Assembly: GCF_006345805.1 (NCBI RefSeq)
Contig: NW_021829308.1
Coordinates: 1 to 6,517, forward strand
DNA: 6,517 bases
Source of the DNA: Octopus sinensis
Lineage: Eukaryota
Reading direction: 5' to 3'
The position numbers and the translations under genes are program-made. Below are positions 1-6,517 of the stretch, piece after piece (position 1 is the stretch's first letter; each line of letters opens with the position of its first letter). The notes under the pieces are model-generated. The model was given only the letters and a program-made list of their open reading frames with translations, was not told the origin of the DNA and made no database searches.

Positions 1-28
<28 letters not shown>
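1..28. repeat. (AG)n microsatellite running off the window start
   Basis: 14 perfect AG units at 1-28. Confidence 0.97.
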
Positions 29-33
<5 letters not shown>

Positions 34-137
34 AGTTACCGAGACAGACTACTTCTTTCACTATCACTTTCTCGGTTTTCAGTTGATATTCACACACAGA
101 CACGGGTACCGTCTGCATATGCACGAATAAAGCTGCC

Positions 138-262
138 AACACAGACACATATTCACACATACACGCACACGCACGCATACAGTTACACGCACTTGCAAAG
201 AAACAACAACACATACACAAATAGCGACGCACGCGCGCATTTACACATACACACACACACAC
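138..262. repeat. Degenerate (CA)n/(CG) microsatellite
   Basis: Interrupted ACAC/ACGC runs ending in a pure (CA)n stretch. Confidence 0.85.
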
Positions 263-278
263 TCGGACACATTTTGTT

Positions 279-289
279 TTCTTCCTTTC

Positions 290-321
<32 letters not shown>

Positions 322-326
322 TTCTC
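279..326. repeat. (CT)n microsatellite
   Basis: Near-perfect TC dinucleotide run. Confidence 0.95.
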
Positions 327-360
327 ATTCTTGTTTCTCTACTCCTCCCCAACCTCTTCT

Positions 361-609
361 ATATTTATATATGTGAATATATATATATATATACACACAT
401 ACACACACACACACATATATACATATATATACATATATGTGTGTATGTATATATATATATGCACATATGCACACACACACATATATATATACCTATACAT
501 ATATATACATATATATACATATATGTGTGTGTATGTATATACATATATATGCACATATACACACACATATATATATATACATATATATATGTGTGTGTAT
601 GTGTGTGTG

Positions 610-642
<33 letters not shown>

Positions 643-693
643 GCACATATATATATACTTTCTCTCATACATATATACGTGTGCGTGTGTGCA
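361..693. repeat. Compound (TA)n/(CA)n/(TG)n alternating purine-pyrimidine microsatellite
   Basis: Almost continuous RY alternation. GCACATAT recurs at 461, 551 and 643. Confidence 0.95.
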
Positions 694-695
694 TT

Positions 696-1270
696 CCTGC
701 TTTCCACCGCCACCCACGACTACCCCCCCCCCCCCTTATCTTGTACTTACCTATTTCAGCTTCCTTACCTATTTCTCTTCACCTTCATCCCCTCCCCTCA
801 TCACTCTACCATTCTCTCCTCCCCCTCCAACACTATCTCTCTCTCCCTCATTCTCTCACCCTTTCTCCTCTCTATATTCCTCAGTTACCCAACATAAAAC
901 TACGCAAACTTTCACCACTCCTCATCCTTCTCCACCCTCCTCTTCTCTCGCTTCTACCTTACCTGCTCCAGCTTCGTCTTCACCCTTTTCTTCTTCCTAT
1001 CTCCTATTCTCTTCTCACACCGCCTTCTCTTTCTTCTCTTTCTCTTTCTTCTTTTCCTTTCTCTCCTCCCCTCCCTCCTCTTCTTCTCCTTTTTCTCCTA
1101 CCCTCTCTATAGTTTTTTTTCCGTACCACGAGAAAACTAAAAGAAACTTTTATTCTTCCTCCTCCCCTTCGTTCTCCTACCTCTCCCATCGCTTCACTTC
1201 TTCTTCATTTCTTCTCTCCCTCCTACCCTCTCGCAACATCTAACATCCCACTTCCTCCATTCTTCGCTTT
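696..1270. repeat. Pyrimidine-rich low-complexity tract (CT/CTT/CCT), including C13 at 723-735
   Basis: Plus strand is dominated by C and T with very few G. It translates as S/P/F/L-rich low-complexity ORFs. Confidence 0.9.
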
Positions 1271-1279
1271 ATAAGGGTA

Positions 1280-1670
1280 AACTCTTTACTCTTTACTCTC
1301 TTTTACTTGTTTCAGTCATTTGACTGCGGCCATGCTGGAGCACCGCCTTTAGTCGAGCAAATCGACCCCGGGACTTATTCTATCGGTCTCTTTGCCGAAC
1401 CGCTAAGTAACGGGGACCGTAAACACACCGCATCGGTTGTCAAGCATGCTAGGGGAACAAACACAGATACACAAACACACACACTTACATATATATATAC
1501 ATATATACGACAGGCTTCTTTCAGTTTCCGTCTACCAAATCCACTCACAAGGCTTTGGTCGGCCCGAGGCTATAGCAGAAGACACTTGCCCAAGGTGCCA
1601 TGCAGTGGGACTGAACCCAGAACCATGTGGTTGGTAAGCAAGCTACTTACCACACAGCCACTCCTGCGCC
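1280..1670 (-). mobile_element. Apparently full-length tRNA-derived CORE-type SINE (family A, octopus-like)
   Basis: Minus strand starts GGCGCAGGAG at 1670. Pol III A-box-like TGGCTGTGTGG (1650-1660), B-box-like GGTTCAGTCCC (1607-1617), CORE-like ACCTTGGGCAAGT (1584-1596, cf. MIR core), internal TA/CA microsatellite, hairpin CAGTCA-TT-TGACTG (1313-1326) and an (AAAGAGT)n-type tail (1280-1306). Homologous copies occur at 4139-4330, 6154-6318 and 6473-6517. Confidence 0.88.
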
Positions 1671-1748
1671 TATGTGTGTATTTACCTATTATATCTGTGT
1701 ATGTATGAATACTTACATATGTATATATATATATACATACATATATAC
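1671..1748. repeat. (TA)/(TG)/(CA) low-complexity spacer between SINEs
   Basis: TATGTGTG, TATATATA and TACATACA runs. Confidence 0.75.
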
Positions 1749-1763
1749 GACGACGATGAAGGT

Positions 1764-1933
1764 GGAAGCGCAACGGCCCAGTGGTTAGGATAGCGGACTC
1801 GTGGTCGTAGGATCGCGGTTTCGATTCCCAGACTGGGCGTTGTGAGTGTTTATTGTGCGAAAAAGATTTATAGCGAACCCTGTCGTACTCTTTCTTCCTA
1901 TTTCTGTTGTACCTGTATTTCAAAGGGCCTGCC
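1764..1933 (+). mobile_element. tRNA-headed SINE (family B), 5' part only, 3' truncated
   Basis: A-box-like CGGCCCAGTGG (1774-1784) and B-box-like GGTTTCGATTCCC (1817-1829) at tRNA-like spacing, continuing into a non-tRNA body. It ends abruptly against the family C element at ~1932. Confidence 0.75.
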
Positions 1934-2333
1934 CACAAGGGGCTAAACACAGAGGGGACAAACAAGGACAGACAAAGGGATTAAGTCGATGACATTCACC
2001 CCAGTACATAACTGGTACTTTATTTATCGACCCCGAAAGGATGAAAGGCAAAGTCAACCTTAGCGGAATTTGAACTCAGAATTTAAAGACAGACGAAATA
2101 CCTATTTCTTTACTACCCACAAGGGGCTACACACAGAAGGGACAAACAAGGACAGACAAACGGATCAAGTCGATTATATCGACCCCAGTGCGTAACTGGT
2201 ACTTATTTAATCGACCCTGAAAGGATGAAAGGCAAAGTCGACCTCGGCGGAATTTGAACTCAGAACGTAGCGGCAGACGAAATACTGCTCAGCATTTCGC
2301 CCGGCGTGCTAACGGTTCTGCCGGCTCATCGCC
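1932..2333 (-). mobile_element. Dimeric tRNA-derived SINE (family C) with a Meta-domain-like central block
   Basis: Direct repeat with a 184-bp period: 1932-2101 vs 2116-2285. B-box GAGTTCAAATTCC on the minus strand at 2249-2261 and 2065-2077. Head GGCGATGAGCCGGCAGAACCGTTAGC ends at 2333. Central block GCCTTTCATCCTTTCRGGGTCGAT resembles, from memory, a conserved metazoan SINE domain. Confidence 0.85.
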
Positions 2334-2366
2334 CTATTTTCTTCTTTTTTTTTCTTATCAGAATTT

Positions 2367-2497
2367 CATTGGGCTCACTGTCCAAGGCTACGATACCACA
2401 GTGAGTGCTATGGCGACCAGAGCTCGCTCTGGGCGCCATTGGGCTCACTGTCCAAGGCTACGACACCACAGTGAGCGCTATGGTGACCAGAGCTCGC
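2367..2497. repeat. Two copies of a 61-bp sequence (70-bp period) forming nested inverted repeats
   Basis: 2367-2427 vs 2437-2497 match at 58/61. Inverted arms 2398-2423 and 2426-2451 are complementary at 22/26. About 59% GC. Confidence 0.95.
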
Positions 2498-4058
2498 AAA
2501 AACACCATCCTGCTTCGGCACATTCATGAGCTTTTGTGTCAGTGCTGGGAAGAGGGTACAGTCCCTCAGGATATGCGGGATGCTAACATCATTACGCTTT
2601 ACAAAAATAAAAGTGACCGTGGTGATCGTAACAATTACCGTGGAATATCTCTTCTAAGCACTGTTGGAAAGGCCTCTGCTCGCATTATCCTCTCCAGGCT
2701 GCAACTAATTGCTTCTCGAATTTATCCAGAATCGCAGTGTGGCTTTAGAAGAAGCAGATCAACTATTGACATGATATTCTCCATACGCTAACTCCAGGAG
2801 AAGTCCAGAGAGCAGAAAATGCCATTATATATGGCCTTCATTTATCTGACAAAGGGCTTTGACTTGGTAAGCAGAACAGGCCTCTTCATCCTGCTCCAAA
2901 AAATCGGATATCCCCAAAGCGCTGATGATCATCAAATCATTCCATGCTGATATGCAAGGCACCATACAGCACAATGGTTCAACATCAGCCGCCTTCAAAT
3001 AAAAACTGGGTAGAGCAAGGTGTGTCCTTGCTCCTACATTATTTGGCATCTTCTTCCGCTGCTGCTGTCACATGCCTTTGAGACAGATCAATGGATGGAG
3101 TGTTTCTGCACAGTAAGTGACGGGAAACTGTTCAATCTCTCGCGCCTGCGTGCCAAGACCAAAATCAGAAGCGTCCTGATCAAGGAGATGCTATTTGCTG
3201 ATGATGCCGCCTTGGTAACACACACAGAGAAGCCCTACGAAGGCTCATCAACTGTTTTGAGCAAGCATTTGGCAACTTTGGCTTAGTTATCAGCCTCAAG
3301 AGACCAACATCATGGTCAGGCTACATCGGACATCCCAAACATACATATTGGAGACCACAGAGTATAGGAGGTGGAGAAGTTTACCTATCTTGGCTCTACC
3401 GTCACCTACAACCTATCCCTTGATGCTGAGCTCAATATACGCATTGGCAAGGCAGCCGCTGTGATGGCCCAACTCACCAAACGCGCATGGGACAACAATA
3501 AGCTGACAAAGACCACAAAAATGAAGATTTACCAGGCATGTGTACTTAGCACTCTACTGTATGGAAGTGAGACTTTGACGCCATACACACGCCATACGAC
3601 GCCATACGACGCCATACGTCGCCTAAATATCTTTCACCTGCGCTGTCTCCGGAAAATCCATCGCATCAAATGGCAGAATCATGTCCCCAACAAAGATGTC
3701 CTCAAGCAAGCAGGAATACCAAGCATGTTTGCACTCCTCACACAAAGACGTATGAGATGGTTTGGACATGTTAGCCGTATGAAAGATGGCAGAATCCCCA
3801 AGGACATACTCAACGGAGAGCTTGCTAGGGGCACTAGGTCTGTGAGAAGACCGTTCTTACGATACCGTAAAAGAGGAAACACAAAGGAGTGACATAGAGA
3901 GAAAGGAGAAATGGAAAGACAAGAAAATACGTCAACAAGAAAGTATGACATTACAACCAGGCAGGCAAAGTCTTCGCTACAATTACGGCACCTGCCAGAG
4001 GGAGTGCTTGTCCAGGATAGAACTACACAGCCAGGGCAAGATATGTATTAGGACATGA
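2498..4058 (+). pseudogene. Disrupted RTE reverse-transcriptase ORF (RT domain plus C-terminal region)
   Basis: Motifs across frames: VPQDMRDANIITLYKNK, NYRGISLL (2633), YPESQCGFR, AFIYLTKGFD (catalytic D to Y at 2843), QGCVLAPTLFGIFF, EMLFADD (FADD at 3194-3205), FTYLGS, LLYGSET, RWFGHVSRMKDGRIPK, and GTCQRECLSRIELHSQGKIC ending at TGA 4056-4058. Premature stops at 2789 (TAA) and 3365 (TAG), plus about 11 inferred small deletions. Confidence 0.93.
3578..3623 (+). repeat. ACGCCATAC(G) minisatellite inside the RT ORF
   Basis: ACGCCATAC at 3578, 3589, 3599 and 3609, with periods 11, 10, 10. Confidence 0.92.
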
Positions 4059-4098
4059 AATGTAAAAGCCGGACTAGATTATTTTATGCGCAACTCCA

Positions 4099-4132
4099 TT
4101 GTCTCCCGAGACAAAAAGGATGCCAACAACAA
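4099..4132 (+). other. LINE 3' terminal stem-loop and (CAA)n tail
   Basis: TTGTCTC (4099-4105) and GAGACAA (4108-4114) are a perfect inverted repeat. CAACAACAA lies at 4124-4132, about 70 nt after the ORF stop. Confidence 0.8.
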
Positions 4133-4138
4133 TATATA

Positions 4139-4330
4139 TGGATTACGTAGACAGAAACTGTAACAAATCAATCGTATATATATGTATATATGTAAGTGTA
4201 TGTGTGTGTGTCTTTGTCTCTGTGTTTCGCCCTCATCACTGCTTCACAACTGCTGTTCATTTATTTACATCCACATAACTTACTGGTTTCACAAAGAACA
4301 AACTAATAGAATAAGTACTAGGCTTATCAA
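4139..4330 (+). mobile_element. Older, diverged family A SINE remnant (head missing)
   Basis: TGGATTACGTAGACAGAAACTG (4139-4160) matches the reverse complement of 1522-1543 at 19/22. It is followed by the same TA/TG microsatellite and a diverged tail with GAATAAGT at 4309-4316. Confidence 0.75.
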
Positions 4331-4394
4331 CATAAAAAGCACTAGGCTGTGTCTCATATTTTTGTTTGCCACTCAGTATCATCAATTTATCTTT

Positions 4395-4438
4395 GTATGT
4401 GTGCGTGTGTGTGTGTGTATCTATCTATCTATCTATAT

Positions 4439-4485
<47 letters not shown>

Positions 4486-4510
4486 TTATATATTATATAT
4501 ATATATATTA
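4395..4510. repeat. Compound (GT)n-(ATCT)n-(TA)n microsatellite
   Basis: Direct reading of the sequence. Confidence 0.95.
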
Positions 4511-5812
4511 AAACACCCTAATGGGAGCCTTAAATCCCAAATTTAGTAATTTCTTTTATGATCCAAAACTAGGTTAAAAGTACTGAATGGATCTTTATGA
4601 AATTTGGAAATTATATTCTATGCATAAGGGCCATAACCCCCATGACAATTCATATATTTTTGCTGTTGATGAAATTTTAACAATAGACATTAGACACAAA
4701 TGAAGTAATATCTATAAAATTTCATCTTCTTACAAAGTTAGAAAGACCCCTCCATGAGGACTTAACACCCACAATTTTGTCATTTTATCTAAGCAAAAAC
4801 GAATACAGTTGTGCTCTTGGAAGCTGTAGGGTTACCCGAGCATAAAAGATGAGCATTATTTGTAATTCAATGGGACAACAGTGTAACAGTTTGCTTTGAC
4901 ATACACTTACATTGTGATTTCTGCAATGTGGTGCATAAATTGTCAAGTAAATGAGAGGCATCCTTGCCTCCACTGATTCAGTTGCAAAGTGTTGAGTAAA
5001 GTTATTTATTGCAGATCTCCTTTCAGTCTTTTTATTATCACTCGGTCACACTAGTCCCCAGATGGTAATATTGATTTCAAGGCCTCCCAGATGAGTGACT
5101 GTTATTCAAAGACATTATAGATTTAAATTTATTCTGTCCAGTACGTATCAGTATAGGTGGTCATTGCAAACTCCAGAGGTGACACTTTCATTTCCCTTAG
5201 CCTTCACGTCAAAACAGTTGTAATGTTTATTTCAGTTGGGTCATGCCCTTCCAATTGCTATAGATCCGTAATGCATCTTACAGCTGTGCCTGTCACCTGG
5301 ATGGTGAGGATACTACATGGGAGTGGTAATGACTAGGGTAGGGGGTAATGACTGCTTATTGTGATCATTCGTCTTTTGTTTCTGTAGCTTTGCTCTCTTT
5401 TACAAAACCAGTGAACATATATTCCTATTTCAAAGAAATTCAAGCAATAGATATAAGACCCAAGTTAAAAAGATTTCAACAATTCAACTTCTCTGGTTGA
5501 CATTAAGATTCCCACCCCAACAGGGGCCTTAACTCTCACATTTTAGAGCTCCATACCTTCATTTTTCAGGAACAAAATCTTTTTAACAAGTTAAATAAGA
5601 CTGGAATTTGGAATATGCGCATAAAAATCAGGAGGATTATGGGATACATGTGGCACGATACATTTTTTTAGGGTGTGTAAAGATTGAAATAACCCTCATC
5701 TGCAATTTTGATGAAATTCGAAACATAGATATTCCAGTTCATCACAGAAGATATAACAGAAAAGTCTAATTCCCAATTGAATGTAATCGGGCAACTCGGG
5801 TATCTCTGCTAG
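4432..5812 (+). mobile_element. Putative non-autonomous Helitron/DINE-like element
   Basis: 3' end: GC-rich imperfect hairpin TCGGGCAACTCGG (5787-5799), ~9 nt, CTAG (5809-5812), then T. Candidate 5' A|TC at 4431/4432, ambiguous within the ATCT repeats. Recurrent GATGAAATTT-like motifs. No coding capacity. Confidence 0.5.
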
Positions 5813-5813
5813 T

Positions 5814-5980
5814 TATATATAAATATAAAAAGTAAAGATATGCAATAAATATAAATATGTATATAAAAGTAAAAATGTACATATATAATATATATATATA
5901 TATATTATATATATTATAATATATATATATATATTATATATATAATATAATATATATTATATATATATAATTATATATAT

Positions 5981-6023
<43 letters not shown>

Positions 6024-6043
6024 ATTATAATATATATATATAT
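5814..6043. repeat. AT-rich (TA)n/(TAT)n microsatellite
   Basis: Almost entirely A/T, especially 5880-6043. Confidence 0.95.
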
Positions 6044-6153
6044 TCTTTCGTTCTTTCTTTTATTCTTTTATTTGTTCGACCGAACACTTCTTTAAAGTAA
6101 TTCTATATATTCGCAAGAAAGAACAATAATATTATGTATATACATGCACCATC

Positions 6154-6318
6154 GGGGGGACAAACACAAACACCACACACAGTCTCCGTCTACCAAATTC
6201 ACTCACAAAGGCTTTGGTTGGCCTGAGGCTATAGTAGAAGACCAAGGTGTCACGCAATGAGGCTGAACCCAACCATTGTGGTTGGTAAGCAGGCTACTTA
6301 TCATACATCCACTCATGC
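6154..6318 (-). mobile_element. Family A SINE copy, 3' truncated, with a 7-nt deletion in the CORE-like block
   Basis: 6185-6318 aligns with 1527-1668. GAAGAC[ACTTGCC]CAAGG is reduced to GAAGACCAAGG, and most of the internal microsatellite is missing. Confidence 0.85.
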
Positions 6319-6384
6319 ATGTGTGTGGTGTGTGGGTGTGTGTGTGGTGTGTGTGTGTGTGTGTGGTGTGTGTGTGGTGTGTGT
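6319..6384. repeat. (GT)n/(GGT) microsatellite
   Basis: Interrupted GT repeat. Confidence 0.92.
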
Positions 6385-6472
6385 GCTCTGTGTAGTTTGA
6401 CAAGTGTCAATGCAAGAAACTCTCACCCCTCGAGTTACTCTTTTGCTTCTGCCTAAATATAAATAAAAACGA

Positions 6473-6517
6473 GCTTTTTCAGATTCCGTCAACCAAATCT
6501 ACTCACAAGGGTTTAGT
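6473..6517 (-). mobile_element. Family A SINE fragment running off the window end
   Basis: CTTTTTCAGATTCCGTCAACCAAATCTACTCACAAGGGTTTAGT aligns with CTTCTTTCAGTTTCCGTCTACCAAATCCACTCACAAGGCTTTGGT at ~1515-1559. Confidence 0.8.

Larger units (their letters stand above)
2498..4132 (+). mobile_element. 5'-truncated, inactive RTE-clade non-LTR retrotransposon (LINE)
   Basis: RTE-type RT motifs throughout, a Cys-rich C-terminus, a short 3' UTR with stem-loop TTGTCTC-CC-GAGACAA and a GGATGC(CAA)3 tail. No endonuclease domain is present and no TSD was found. Confidence 0.93.

Noticed and set aside
193-1243. Long ORFs 193-897, 339-713, 365-646, 437-1243, 441-1112, 493-717 and 1004-1189
   Set aside because: These are translations of microsatellite and pyrimidine tracts that lack stop codons by composition (YI/HT/CV repeats, S/P/F/L-rich).
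1764-1840. Functional tRNA gene
   Set aside because: Acceptor, anticodon and T stems pair poorly, the B-box has an extra T, there is no oligo-T terminator, and the sequence continues into a SINE body.
2367-2497. CRISPR-like array
   Set aside because: Only two 61-bp copies with a 9-nt gap, identical rather than unique intervening sequence, no cas genes, and a eukaryotic context.
2467-2504. RAG RSS-like motif: CACAGTG (2467-2473), 22-nt spacer, GCAAAAACA (7/9 match to ACAAAAACC)
   Set aside because: The nonamer straddles the LINE junction and is mostly RT coding sequence (K-N). The first repeat copy has no nonamer, the opposite arm reads GACAGTG, and there is no 12-RSS partner, TSD or RAG/Transib ORF. 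Most likely coincidence.
1307-2529. ORFs 1307-1708, 1437-1637, 1570-1965 and 2254-2529
   Set aside because: They run through SINE bodies and repeats with no protein motifs.
2825-3951. Antisense ORFs 2825-3049 and 3679-3951
   Set aside because: Shadow ORFs on the opposite strand of the RT coding region.
2367-4058. Retron-like or other novel 'structured ncRNA + RT' system
   Set aside because: The RT is a eukaryotic RTE LINE enzyme (FADD, RTE-specific motifs, LINE tail). It is truncated, has two stops and a mutated catalytic Asp, and shows no retron-specific motifs.
2335-4150. Target-site duplication around the LINE
   Set aside because: Sequence left of 2367 or 2498 does not match the sequence after the tail at 4133.
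4513-5676. 9-bp inverted repeat ACACCCTAA (4513-4521) / TTAGGGTGT (5668-5676) as a TIR or telomere seed
   Set aside because: A 9-bp inverted match is expected by chance within 1.4 kb. There is no TSD and only a single TTAGGG.
4182-6403. ORFs 4182-4511, 4785-4973 and 6203-6403
   Set aside because: Short, overlapping SINE or microsatellite sequence or without recognisable motifs; the lengths are expected by chance.

Overview
Repeat-dense, AT-rich eukaryotic (animal) non-coding DNA with no intact host gene. The SINE sequences resemble, from memory, octopus/cephalopod families; this is unverified. From 5' to 3': microsatellites and a ~570 bp pyrimidine-rich tract (1-1270); three abutting tRNA-headed SINEs of different families (1280-2333); a GC-rich, doubly palindromic 70-bp tandem unit (2367-2497) fused to a 5'-truncated, decayed RTE-clade LINE (2498-4132) with RT remnants, a Cys-rich C-terminus, a 3' stem-loop and a (CAA)n tail; an older SINE remnant; a probable non-autonomous Helitron-like element (~4432-5812); AT microsatellites; and two more SINE copies. 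Apart from the RTE fragments, the listed ORFs look like low-complexity or chance ORFs. The most unusual structure is the palindromic unit at the LINE 5' junction. I see no convincing evidence of a new functional multi-gene system.
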